Assembly: GCA_030586555.1 (NCBI GenBank)
Contig: JAURAC010000003.1
Coordinates: 84,073 to 108,072, forward strand
DNA: 24,000 nucleotides
Source: Candidatus Subterrananammoxibius californiae
GTDB taxonomy: Bacteria > Planctomycetota > Brocadiia > Brocadiales > Subterrananammoxibiaceae
Direction of reading: 5' to 3'
Below are positions 1 to 8,136 of the stretch, one piece after another. Below the pieces are notes generated by a model, which saw nothing but the letters and a program-made list of their open reading frames with translations, had not been told where the DNA came from and did no database searches. The position numbers and the translations under genes are program-made. The stretch's first letter is position 1. The number at the start of each line of letters is the position of its first letter.

Positions 1-886
1 CCAGGCTTTCCCTGCCATTCAAGCGGGTTATTACACTTCTTTCTTTATAACCTTTTGTTACGGTTGAAACATCGCCAAGTACGATTGGCACATTATTTTT
101 GACGTCAAGTACGATGTCATCAATCTCCTCAACACGCTTGAATTCATTAAAGGTACGTATCAGATATTCTGCTTCGCCTTCCTTGATGCTGCCACCTGTT
201 AAGTTAACGTTTTCCTCTTTCAGGCGGGCAGCGACCTTTGAGATTGGTATGCCGAGGCTGGCAAGTTTAGCCTCTTGAATTTCAACGTGTATCTCTTCCT
301 GAAGGCCGCCGCTGACCTTTACAGCGGCAACGCCCCCACGGCCACTAAGACCCGCGCCTAAAAGGCTACCGCCTTCCCTTACCTCTCCAGCAAGGCCTTC
401 TAATACTGGTTTTATCTCCTCCTCTGCAATTAGACGCAATGCAACAAGGCTTTCCTCACCATAAAGGCTGATGCGCATGATAGGGTCAAGGGATGGGTCA
501 AAACGCAATAGCACAGGCTGCTCAGCCTCTTTTGGAAGCGTTACAAGGTCGAGCTTCTCTCGTACATTAAGAGATGCGAAGTCCATGTTGGTCTTCCAAT
601 CAAATTCAATTACCACGTCTGAAACATCAGGCCTGGATATGGAAGTTACACGAACAACATTTGGTATTATGCTAACGGCATCCTCGATAGGTTTTGAAAT
701 AAGTGTTTCTATCTCGTTAGGCGCTGTGCCAGTGTAATTAGTTCTGACGGTAAGGGTGGGATATGAAATATCTGGCAAAAGATTGATAGGTAACTTATCA
801 AACGAAATCCAGCCAAAGATACATAACGCTGCCATCAGCATTACGACCGTTACTGGCCTTCTTATGGAAAATTCAACAATCTTCAT
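1..886 (-). CDS. RND efflux transporter permease (AcrB/CzcA family), N-terminal part; the 3' end lies beyond the window
   Basis: This minus-strand ORF is absent from the supplied track because it runs off the left edge. The ATG is the reverse complement of cat at 884-886. My translation is MKIVEFSIRRPVTVVMLMAALCIFGWISFDKLPINLLPDISYPTLTVRTNYTGTAPNEIETLISKPIED..., the canonical RND N-terminus, TM1 and first periplasmic loop. It starts 14 nt after the stop of the upstream GGDEF gene. Confidence 0.85.
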   Translation of the reverse strand, partial: MKIVEFSIRRPVTVVMLMAALCIFGWISFDKLPINLLPDISYPTLTVRTNYTGTAPNEIETLISKPIEDAVSIIPNVVRVTSISRPDVSDVVIEFDWKTNMDFASLNVREKLDLVTLPKEAEQPVLLRFDPSLDPIMRISLYGEESLVALRLIAEEEIKPVLEGLAGEVREGGSLLGAGLSGRGGVAAVKVSGGLQEEIHVEIQEAKLASLGIPISKVAARLKEENVNLTGGSIKEGEAEYLIRTFNEFKRVEEIDDIVLDVKNNVPIVLGDVSTVTKGYKERSVITRLNGRESL

Positions 887-900
887 CGGTGGGACTTATA

Positions 901-2874
901 TTACTTCTCTATTTGAACATGGGTATTCATGTCAGTTCTGTAAAAGCGATAGGTGTTTTTCCCGCTCTCTTTAGAATGGTACATGGCAATGTCTGCATAT
1001 TTGGTCAAGCTGTCTACGTCACCCCCGTCCATTGGATAAACGCCGATACCTATACTGGCGGTTGTGTGGGTTTCGTTGCCATCAAGTATAAAGGGTTGGT
1101 ATAATACATCGAGGATTTTCTGTGCAATAACAGCAGCATCTTGTGCATGGGTAAGGTCAGGGAGGATGACCATAAATTCATCTCCACCCATACGTGCTAC
1201 GGTGTCACCCTCACGCATAAGTCGTTTGAGCCGCTCCGCGACCGCCTTAATCAGTAAGTCTCCCATGTGGTGACCAAAAGAGTCATTAATGGTTTTGAGG
1301 TTATCGAGGTCAAGAAAAAAGACGCCCACCACCAGTTTGTTACGCTTCGCATGAATCAGTGCCATTCGTAGACGGTCTTCAAATAGCATGCGGTTAGGTA
1401 AGTTAGTAAGGGCGTCGTGGTATGCCATGTGTCTTATCGTAGCTTCTGACTGCTTACGCGCAATAGCGTTTCCTATGATTTCTGCCGCAATGCGTAGCAG
1501 AGCCAAATCATCCTCATGCCATGTACCGGTGCTCATAACGTTGTCAAAACCAATAAACCCGATTAATTTCTTGTCAATAGACACTGGCAGGGCTAATAAT
1601 GACTTGATATCTTGGTCCTGCAGGATTTCCTTTTCAGCGGCTGCTTCAGGAGGTAATTTGGACACATCTGTAATCTCTATCACATTACCCGCATACAAGT
1701 TTGTCATCCACCATTGTACCATGGAGGTGTGGAGATTTTGGAGGTTCTGGATTTCAGGCGCGACCCCATCGTTGCACCATTCATGGGTATTATCCATAAT
1801 TTTATCGTCGTCTCGGAACTGAAAGAGGTATGCCCTGCTGGCTCCACTCATCCGTCCAATGTCAGCCAATGAGGCAGAAACGGCAGTGTTAAAGTCCGAG
1901 AGTCTAACAAATCTCGTAGAGATACTGGCTATGGTCTTTTCAAAATCCATTCTATGCTTGAGAGCTTCTTCCGCTTGTTTTCGTTCGATAAACTGGCCAA
2001 TTTGGCTTCCACTAACGATCATCAGATAGAGCAAGTCCTCATCGGGTTGCTCTATCTCCCGGCTAAAGAACTCGACTGCTCCTAAAAATTTGCTACTGCC
2101 CATGATGGGAAAAGCAAAGGCGCTATGCAACCCTTCCTTGGCAGCAATAGCGGCTCGCTGAAAATTAGTATCGTGAACAACGTCAGAAATCCAGACAGGT
2201 TTGGCATAAGCCCAGACGCGACCCGGCAATCCAACACCTGGTGGAAATGTAGTTTTCCGACTAATTGCCTCAAACTCTGCCACTTTGACCGACGGTGAAT
2301 GCCAGATTTCAATACAACGCAATTCGTTTTTCTTGCCTGCGGTCCAGAGTGCGCCTAAATCCCACCCCAGACCTTCACACATAGTTTGAAGAATTTTTAG
2401 TGTAGCTTCATCAATGGAGGTAGACTCTGTCAATATGCGCGTGATAGCGTACTGCACGCCAAGGCGTTGTTCAACCAACTTACGTCCGGCGATATCTCTA
2501 ACTATTACCTGAGACACCCTCTTGCCTGCATATTCAATTACACTTCCTGTCAAATCAACCGGAACTGTGTTGCCGTCTTTTCTCAGTATTAGCATATCAC
2601 TTATAGACCCCGACCCTTTTTCAATTCCTACTTTAAAAGCAGTAGTAACTCTTTTAAGCTCTTCCTTCGGGTGAAGCTGAGTAAAATTCATATTTACAAG
2701 CTCTTTTTGTGTGTAGCCTGTTAGTTCCTCTGCTTTCTTATTTACTTCCAGCAGGTTACCTTCGGTGTCAGTCAGAAATATAGCATCACTGGCATAATAC
2801 ATCAAAGAACGATATTTTTGGTCGGGCTCGTCATGTGTCTTGTTGATATGGTTTTCTTCACACATCATTTGCAC
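901..2874 (-). CDS. PAS/GAF sensor diguanylate cyclase (GGDEF domain protein)
   Basis: 657-aa ORF. It has a PAS-like N-terminus (SDAIFLTDTEGNLLEVNKKAEELTGY) and two GAF-like sensor segments. The C-terminal GGDEF domain has an intact GGDEF motif and an RxxD I-site five residues upstream (LMREGDTVARMGGDEFMVILPD). The codon at 2874 is GTG; ATGs at 2868 and 2865 follow AGAGGTG and may be the true start. Confidence 0.85.
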   Translation of the reverse strand: MQMMCEENHINKTHDEPDQKYRSLMYYASDAIFLTDTEGNLLEVNKKAEELTGYTQKELVNMNFTQLHPKEELKRVTTAFKVGIEKGSGSISDMLILRKDGNTVPVDLTGSVIEYAGKRVSQVIVRDIAGRKLVEQRLGVQYAITRILTESTSIDEATLKILQTMCEGLGWDLGALWTAGKKNELRCIEIWHSPSVKVAEFEAISRKTTFPPGVGLPGRVWAYAKPVWISDVVHDTNFQRAAIAAKEGLHSAFAFPIMGSSKFLGAVEFFSREIEQPDEDLLYLMIVSGSQIGQFIERKQAEEALKHRMDFEKTIASISTRFVRLSDFNTAVSASLADIGRMSGASRAYLFQFRDDDKIMDNTHEWCNDGVAPEIQNLQNLHTSMVQWWMTNLYAGNVIEITDVSKLPPEAAAEKEILQDQDIKSLLALPVSIDKKLIGFIGFDNVMSTGTWHEDDLALLRIAAEIIGNAIARKQSEATIRHMAYHDALTNLPNRMLFEDRLRMALIHAKRNKLVVGVFFLDLDNLKTINDSFGHHMGDLLIKAVAERLKRLMREGDTVARMGGDEFMVILPDLTHAQDAAVIAQKILDVLYQPFILDGNETHTTASIGIGVYPMDGGDVDSLTKYADIAMYHSKESGKNTYRFYRTDMNTHVQIEK

Positions 2875-2892
2875 CTCTGGCAGATGGTTGTT

Positions 2893-4389
2893 TTACTCCT
2901 TAGCAACGACAGGCGAAGGTGCCTCTGTTCCAGAGACGACTGTAACTGCAGCACCCGACCCAAGGTCTTCATGTCCTACAATAACAATTACATCGTCTTC
3001 ATTAAGACCACTGATTACCTCAACTTCATTGCCTTCAGAAAATCCAAGCTTAACCTTTGCTTTATGTGCCCTTGTCTCCAACTGAAGCGCATCATTCTGA
3101 ACTTGTAGGGGCGAACGGCCGTTCGCCCCTACCTTTTCTATATCAATACGACTCCCTGTAGCTTCTGCAATGCCATCGGAACCCTCTAAAAGTTCAATGG
3201 TAATACCACCTGGTCCGCCTGAGGCGGACTTCTCGCTTACTATCCCTGTAACACACTTTTCTGCTTCGTGGTCAGTCGGTTGTGCTACCGGGTCATCTTT
3301 CCTACCTGCATGAGGTGGTCTGGACTTCAAACCTTCGGCTGAGCAGTTCGACCCTGAGCTCACTGCCGAAGGGTTCAGGTCGAAGCCAAATGAAAGCTTT
3401 ACGTAATCGCCAACAACAAATTTTTTAGCCTCCTGCTCAGAAAGTGAAAGTATAGCAAAATTTTTGACAACAAACACCTCTGCACCCTCTGATTCAAAGA
3501 GTAATGCCTTTTTGGGTATTATTAACGCATTCGCATGTTGTTCAGTGATAGTATAAACCGACGCAAACATGCCAGGCCTGAGAGGAGAGCCTTCTGTATA
3601 TTCAATTTCTATGGTTACTTTTATAGTTCCGCTTTCGGGGTCAACTACCGGGCTAATCATCTTTACCACGCCGTTAAATTGTAATCCCGGAAGCGATTCA
3701 ATGGTTATAATAGCGGGCTGTCCCTCTTTAAGCTTGCTCAGGTCTTTTTCAGGTACATGAATCCTTGCAAGCAGCGGGTTAAAGTTTGCTACTGCAAAGA
3801 CCTTCTGATTCTTTTGCACCACATTTCCCACCTCAATTACCCTACCAACAACTATACCAGTTATTGGAGATGTTATAGTATTGTATGTATATTCAAGGTT
3901 TTTCCTTTCGTAATCCACCATCGAGGTTTCATATTGCAGCCTGCTTTCGTCAAGCTGTTCTTTGCTGGTGATTTTATCCTCGTATGTACCCTGGGAGCGT
4001 TCGTATATCATTTTGGCATTTTCGCACCTTATCTTCGCATCTTTAAGGGCAAGGAGTGATTCTGTCTCGTCAAGTTTTGCAAGCGCCTGACCTTCAGCCA
4101 CTTTTTGTCCTTCTTCGACAAGTATCTCCTTTACTTGTCCAGAGGTTTTTGTCATTATATCAACCTGTTTCTCTGCCTCAATTGTGCAATTGATGAGTAA
4201 GTAAGTGTTTATATCCTTTTTTTTAACATGAGCAACCTCTACCGGTATTGCAGCTTTCTGGGGTAAGGAAGCGTTAGCTTCCCTGTTAAGCCCGGTCAAA
4301 GCCGATTCAAGAATAATTAATAAAGGTATAACAATTATGTTTATAATACCCGGTTTAGACATGTTCTTCTCGCCAAAAATATTAAACAT
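2893..4389 (-). CDS. Efflux RND periplasmic adaptor (membrane fusion protein, HlyD family) with an atypical ~110-aa C-terminal insertion
   Basis: 498-aa ORF. It has an N-terminal membrane anchor (IINIIVIPLLIIL) and coiled-coil/lipoyl-like segments (VKEILVEEGQKVAEGQALAKLD, ITSPITGIVVGRVIEVGNVV). The C-terminal beta-barrel (KVKLGFSEGNEVEVISGLNEDDVIVIVG) is interrupted by a low-complexity insert. An alternative start is the ATG at 4362 (MSKPG...). Confidence 0.8.
   Translation of the reverse strand: MFNIFGEKNMSKPGIINIIVIPLLIILESALTGLNREANASLPQKAAIPVEVAHVKKKDINTYLLINCTIEAEKQVDIMTKTSGQVKEILVEEGQKVAEGQALAKLDETESLLALKDAKIRCENAKMIYERSQGTYEDKITSKEQLDESRLQYETSMVDYERKNLEYTYNTITSPITGIVVGRVIEVGNVVQKNQKVFAVANFNPLLARIHVPEKDLSKLKEGQPAIITIESLPGLQFNGVVKMISPVVDPESGTIKVTIEIEYTEGSPLRPGMFASVYTITEQHANALIIPKKALLFESEGAEVFVVKNFAILSLSEQEAKKFVVGDYVKLSFGFDLNPSAVSSGSNCSAEGLKSRPPHAGRKDDPVAQPTDHEAEKCVTGIVSEKSASGGPGGITIELLEGSDGIAEATGSRIDIEKVGANGRSPLQVQNDALQLETRAHKAKVKLGFSEGNEVEVISGLNEDDVIVIVGHEDLGSGAAVTVVSGTEAPSPVVAKE
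3105..3132. repeat. GTAG-family perfect 28-bp palindrome inside the adaptor gene
   Basis: GTAGGGGCGAACGG|CCGTTCGCCCCTAC, read in frame on the minus strand as VGANGRSPL. Confidence 0.85.
3213..3229. repeat. Hairpin GTCCGCC-tga-GGCGGAC inside the adaptor gene
   Basis: It shares the 14-mer TCCGCCTGAGGCGG with the accB-murE spacer (12893-12906). It encodes SASGGP. Confidence 0.75.
3332..3372. repeat. Nested hairpin inside the adaptor gene carrying the GGGTCGAAC core (on the minus strand)
   Basis: CCTTCGGC-TGAGC-agttcgaccctga-GCTCA-ct-GCCGAAGG. AGTTCGACCC (3345-3354) is the reverse complement of 12905-12914. Confidence 0.7.
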
Positions 4390-4444
4390 ACATTAATTTT
4401 AGCATATAACCCGCATAAAGCAAGGAGTAAAACTTATTTAAGCT

Positions 4445-4479
4445 GTGCGTAATGAGCTATGAGCAATGAACTACGAGCT
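4445..4479. repeat. Heptanucleotide array upstream of the def promoter
   Basis: (GTGCGTA) ATGAGCT ATGAGCA ATGAACT ACGAGCT. The same unit family occurs at the ddl-ftsQ junction. Confidence 0.6.
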
Positions 4480-4487
4480 AAATTGCC

Positions 4488-4516
4488 TTGCTTTTTTGGC
4501 ATGCTGTGCGTATAAT
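4488..4516 (+). promoter_or_regulatory. Putative def-fmt promoter
   Basis: TTGCTT (4488-4493), a 17-nt spacer, then TATAAT (4511-4516). The def ATG at 4526 is only 9 nt past the -10 box and has no SD. Confidence 0.5.
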
Positions 4517-4525
4517 TATTTTATC

Positions 4526-5074
4526 ATGGAAATTGTAATTTATCCTGCACCTGTATTAAGATTAAAGGCTAAACCCGTAGAGGAGATAGATGATACTGTT
4601 TCCCAGCGTGCTGAGGAGATGCTGGAATTGATGTATGAGGCAAAAGGAGTGGGTCTTGCTGCGCCGCAAATAGGCTGGTCTAAGCGTCTAATCGTCAAAG
4701 ATGTTGCAGGCGAGAAGATAGACGACAAGGTTTTTATAAATCCAGTTATCATTGAGGAAAAAGGAGAGGTTATAGAAGAAGAGGGCTGCTTAAGTTTTCC
4801 GGGTGTATTAGGAAAGGTAATGCGCGCTGAGCAGGTGGTGGTAATTGCTTACAACCTGAAAGGCGAGAGGCTCGAATTTGAAGCTGTAGGATTGGATGCT
4901 CGTGTCTGGCAGCATGAGATTGACCATATTGATGGACGCCTTTTTATTGATAAGATGAGCCCTGCAAGCCGATTGGCCGTTTCAGGGCGATTAAAAGAAC
5001 TCGAACGAGAATACCAAAAACGGCAGTCAAGTTATCAGATATCAGCACCAAGTAAGCTGAAAGCTGATGTATGA
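4526..5074 (+). CDS. def: Peptide deformylase
   Basis: All three deformylase motifs are present: GVGLAAPQIG, EGCLSFPG and HEIDHIDG. The track ORF begins at 4466 inside a heptamer repeat. The conserved N-terminus MEIVIYPAPVLR begins at the ATG at 4526. Confidence 0.9.
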   Translation: MEIVIYPAPVLRLKAKPVEEIDDTVSQRAEEMLELMYEAKGVGLAAPQIGWSKRLIVKDVAGEKIDDKVFINPVIIEEKGEVIEEEGCLSFPGVLGKVMRAEQVVVIAYNLKGERLEFEAVGLDARVWQHEIDHIDGRLFIDKMSPASRLAVSGRLKELEREYQKRQSSYQISAPSKLKADV

Positions 5075-6063
5075 ACATAGTTTTTTTGGGAACATCTGAC
5101 TTTGCTGTGCCCAGCTTGCGTTCTTTGGCAGCCTCTAAGCACAAGATTTTGGCAGTGGTTACGCAGCCCGACAGGCCAAAGGGAAGAAGCAGCCAACCCT
5201 GCCCGTCTCCTGTTAAAGCGGTCGCCGATGAATACGGTTTGCGTGTAATTCAACCTGAAAATGTTAATCATCCAGAAACTGTTTTACTATTGGAGGAGAC
5301 GCGTCCCGATATTATTATAGTAGTTGCTTATGGTCAGAAGCTTTCCCAGCAAATTTTATCTATACCTAAATATCAATGTATCAATATACACGCCTCCTTA
5401 CTCCCGAGGTATCGGGGTGCAGCGCCTGTAAATTGGGCAATCATAAACGGGGAGGATGTTACAGGGGTAAGCATTATAATAATGGGAGAGCGAATGGATA
5501 CTGGCGACATTATCGCCCAGCGCTCATTATCAATATACCCTCATGAAACCGCAGGTGAATTAGAAAAACGTCTCGCCCCGTTGGGCGCCGAAGTTTTACT
5601 ATTTGTACTGGAACAACTTGAGAAAGGCACTGTAATTTCCAAAGCGCAGGATGATGCTAATGCAACCTATGCGAAAAAGTTAAAAAAAGAAGACGGCAGG
5701 ATAAATTGGAACCAGGATGCAAAGAGGATACACAATTTCGTCAGAGGGATGACGCCTCGTCCATGCGCATATACATATCTTTCTAAGGCAGATAAAAAAA
5801 TTAGAATAATTATTTTGAAAACAGAAATAGGCACTGTGTGGCATGGACAAACTTGTTTGTCCGTGAAACCACAGCCTGGTGATGTCATTGACATCTCAGC
5901 TAAAGGGATAAACGTGGCAGCAATTGATACAGCTGGTGCTGACTTCGTTCCAAGTATCTTGATTACCATGCTACAGCCCGAGGGTAGGCGGTTAATGAGC
6001 GCAGCAGAATTTATTCGAGGGCATAGTATTAAAGTAGGAGACCATTTCAACTCTATACCATAA
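5071..6063 (+). CDS. fmt: Methionyl-tRNA formyltransferase
   Basis: N-terminus MNIVFLGTSDFAVPSL plus the HASLLPRYRGAAPVNWAIING motif. Its start overlaps the def stop in an ATGA junction, giving the classical def-fmt pair. Confidence 0.9.
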   Translation: MNIVFLGTSDFAVPSLRSLAASKHKILAVVTQPDRPKGRSSQPCPSPVKAVADEYGLRVIQPENVNHPETVLLLEETRPDIIIVVAYGQKLSQQILSIPKYQCINIHASLLPRYRGAAPVNWAIINGEDVTGVSIIIMGERMDTGDIIAQRSLSIYPHETAGELEKRLAPLGAEVLLFVLEQLEKGTVISKAQDDANATYAKKLKKEDGRINWNQDAKRIHNFVRGMTPRPCAYTYLSKADKKIRIIILKTEIGTVWHGQTCLSVKPQPGDVIDISAKGINVAAIDTAGADFVPSILITMLQPEGRRLMSAAEFIRGHSIKVGDHFNSIP

Positions 6064-6069
6064 GTAGCA

Positions 6070-6089
6070 GTGGCGGATTAACCCGCCAC
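6070..6089. other. Hairpin after the fmt stop: GTGGCGG-attaac-CCGCCAC
   Basis: A 7-bp GC-rich stem lies 7 nt after the fmt stop codon. It is followed by an A-rich run rather than a U-rich one, so it is not a canonical intrinsic terminator. Confidence 0.4.
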
Positions 6090-6120
6090 ATAATAAAAAT
6101 AAAGGGGAGAACTTATAGCT

Positions 6121-6600
6121 ATGGAAGTGCTTGATAAGAAATTTGTATCGTTAAACAATCTGATGACCAGGTTAAGGAATAAGAAGTGTTCACCAGGCAG
6201 TTTGTTGCTTTTGTTTCCCCACTGCATACAATATTCTAAATGCAAGCAGAATATAAATGCAGATTTAGCAGAATGCAGACGCTGTGGCAAATGCAAGGTC
6301 AAGGATTTGTTGGAGCTTTCTGAAGAATACGGGGTTAGTATTGCTATAGCAAATGGAGGCAGGATTGCGCTCCAGAGGGTTATGGCTGACGAAGTAAAAG
6401 GCGTAATAGCAATTGCCTGTGAGAAAGAACTCCGCTTAGGAATTATGGCAGCCCTTTCTAAGAGGGTACTTGGAGTTGCCAATCTAAGACCTCATGGATA
6501 TTGTGTGGATACCGATGTCGTGCTTGACGACGTAAGAAAGGCTATTGAGCAGTTTTTAGAACGACCCCCTGTTTCAAACAGCGAATCCCCCTCGACTTAA
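6121..6600 (+). CDS. DUF116-family Cys-rich protein (soluble domain only)
   Basis: The motif pattern LLLFPHCIQ..C....C(RR)CGKC....GG....GVIAIACEKEL matches my recollection of DUF116/COG1852. It lacks the N-terminal membrane segment usually seen in this family. The 3' end overlaps the convergent gene by 27 nt. Confidence 0.55.
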   Translation: MEVLDKKFVSLNNLMTRLRNKKCSPGSLLLLFPHCIQYSKCKQNINADLAECRRCGKCKVKDLLELSEEYGVSIAIANGGRIALQRVMADEVKGVIAIACEKELRLGIMAALSKRVLGVANLRPHGYCVDTDVVLDDVRKAIEQFLERPPVSNSESPST

Positions 6601-8136
6601 AGGTAGAATATCTTTGTTAATCAGTGGGCAATTTTTTGCCCTAACATCAGGAGGAATAGGAAGGCCCAAAAACCCACCTTCTTCTCGATTATAAAGCTCG
6701 TATATTAGGAAATCTTTAGTCTCTTCTCTTTGTTCGTTTGTTAAAATACCCCCGTCCTTTTTCGAAGGCTCTTTTATCAAAATACCCCCATTCTCCTTCG
6801 AAAGTACTTTTGTTAAACTACCTTCGTTCTTCTCTGAAAGCTCTTTATCTATTTGAAGTACCCACCTCGTGCCATGAGCAAAAGGCATTTTAGGTGAAAA
6901 ATCTTTTGAAAATGTAAACCCCCCTCCATCGCAATAACACTCTCTAACAAATTGTTTAATCCTCTCTATTTTATCTTTCTCAATTTTCAAACCTAAAAGG
7001 TTCATAATGCGGAGGGCAAAATAGGTACCGTTTGTTGAGGCTATTCTTCCCTCAGAAGCACCATATCCACCCCGTTGTTCATCCCAGCATCTATCTATAA
7101 ATTTTAAAAATTTAGTCTTTTTCTCATCATTAAAGAACTTGTTGCGTAATTTAGTGAATTCTTCCTTATAATAAGGTTTATCGCCCATTAACGATAACGC
7201 AAAAGATGTGGCGGACATGGTCGGTTTTTTTTGGGAAGGGCTTGGGGCAAAGCCTAAGGCAGAGCCATCGACGTCGATAGACTTTTCACAGTTTTCTATA
7301 TAGTTTTCAATTTCAGACTTTGGGATTAGTTCAAATAATTTGTTCTCCCTATTCAATGACCAAAATAGTCTACTTAATAAGTACGTTACGCATATTCCGT
7401 CAGTCGTATTATTTCCTGGTTGGTCGTAAACATAATGAATATTATCCTTCAATTCTACACAACTTCTAATAAACTCGTTTAACTTAGTATCTCTCCACTC
7501 AATTATCTTTTTAAGGAACTCATTTGTGTTTCCATTATTAATTAATTTTTCCTTTATTGGTATGCCAAGTGCATGTTTTATCACCTCTATTGCATTAGAA
7601 GTTCCATAAATACTGACTTTCTCTTCTTTCCCGTTAGGGGTAGGGAACGGAACAATGCTATAACCTCCTTGTTTCTCATCAAAGCACCTATTTACAAAGT
7701 TGAGGATCCTATCCTGATTATGTTTAATAAACCCTCCGTCTTTTAATAAAGAGAGGCTTACTAAAGCGGCACGAGTAGTATCTATACTTCTTTGTAACCA
7801 ACAATACATGTAATCCCTGAAGCCTGGCTCTAATCCGATATCACTACTTCTTAGCAAAACAAGCATAGCGTTACCCACGTCTCGCTTGGCTTCTTCTCTT
7901 AGTTCTGCGTCTTTAATAGAAAAGATGCATGGTTTAATGTAGGAGGGGAGTACAGGAGGCTGTAGCTGTAAAGGTGGCATTTGAAGCGCTTTTTCTACTG
8001 GTGGATCTCCTCTCATAGACCAATAAATAAATATCCCACCTAAAAAGATAAGGCTGGAAAAGAATAGGATATTCATGAATAGTTCATTTATGCTCACTAT
8101 CCCTCCAACGCTTATCCCAGAAAACCATCTTCTCAA
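6574..8136 (-). CDS. Membrane-anchored protein with prenyltransferase / squalene-cyclase-type (alpha/alpha toroid) repeats; function unknown
   Basis: There is an N-terminal TM segment (NILFFSSLIFLGGIFIYWS). A motif recurs four times: ILNFVNRCFDEKQGGYS, LKFIDRCWDEQRGGYGA, IKQFVRECYCDGGGFTF and DFLIYELYNREEGGFLG. An alternative start at the ATG at 8076 (MNILFF...) would remove the 53-nt overlap with the upstream gene. Confidence 0.6.
   Translation of the reverse strand: MRRWFSGISVGGIVSINELFMNILFFSSLIFLGGIFIYWSMRGDPPVEKALQMPPLQLQPPVLPSYIKPCIFSIKDAELREEAKRDVGNAMLVLLRSSDIGLEPGFRDYMYCWLQRSIDTTRAALVSLSLLKDGGFIKHNQDRILNFVNRCFDEKQGGYSIVPFPTPNGKEEKVSIYGTSNAIEVIKHALGIPIKEKLINNGNTNEFLKKIIEWRDTKLNEFIRSCVELKDNIHYVYDQPGNNTTDGICVTYLLSRLFWSLNRENKLFELIPKSEIENYIENCEKSIDVDGSALGFAPSPSQKKPTMSATSFALSLMGDKPYYKEEFTKLRNKFFNDEKKTKFLKFIDRCWDEQRGGYGASEGRIASTNGTYFALRIMNLLGLKIEKDKIERIKQFVRECYCDGGGFTFSKDFSPKMPFAHGTRWVLQIDKELSEKNEGSLTKVLSKENGGILIKEPSKKDGGILTNEQREETKDFLIYELYNREEGGFLGLPIPPDVRAKNCPLINKDILPLSRGGFAV
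6743..6804. repeat. 36-nt tandem duplication inside the toroid-repeat gene
   Basis: AAAATACCCCCGTCCTTTTTCGAAGG (6743-6768) recurs as AAAATACCCCCATTCTCCTTCGAAAG (6779-6804). The two copies encode SKENGGILIKEP and SKKDGGILTNEQ. Confidence 0.7.

Noticed and set aside
330-385. A possible 17-aa insertion (EVREGGSLLGAGLSGRG) in the first periplasmic loop of the RND pump, before GVAAVKVSGG. It is Gly-rich like the other repeat-derived inserts.
   Set aside because: I could not find a convincing palindrome or a shared repeat core in the DNA, only a 4-bp GCCT/AGGC hairpin. Without an alignment I cannot show that it is an insertion.
1388-1822. Antisense or shadow ORFs inside long genes (for example 1388-1822 +, 3757-4059 +, 5667-6050 -, 9265-9588 -, 11879-12226 -, 14225-14668 -, 20024-20374 -, 20724-21089 -) and the ORFs at 8634-8888 - and 8193-8492 +.
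   Set aside because: They fully overlap confidently identified genes on the other strand or lie in AT-rich promoter DNA. They have no recognisable motifs and show low-complexity translations typical of shadow frames.
4466-4525. The 5' extensions of track ORFs: def from 4466, mraZ from 8845, rsmH from 9209, ftsL from 10215, accB-like from 12428, murE from 12914, and murG from 18635.
   Set aside because: In each case the extension reads through repeat or hairpin DNA or overlaps the upstream gene. The conserved protein N-terminus begins at an internal ATG with a better SD or position, so I used the shorter coordinates.
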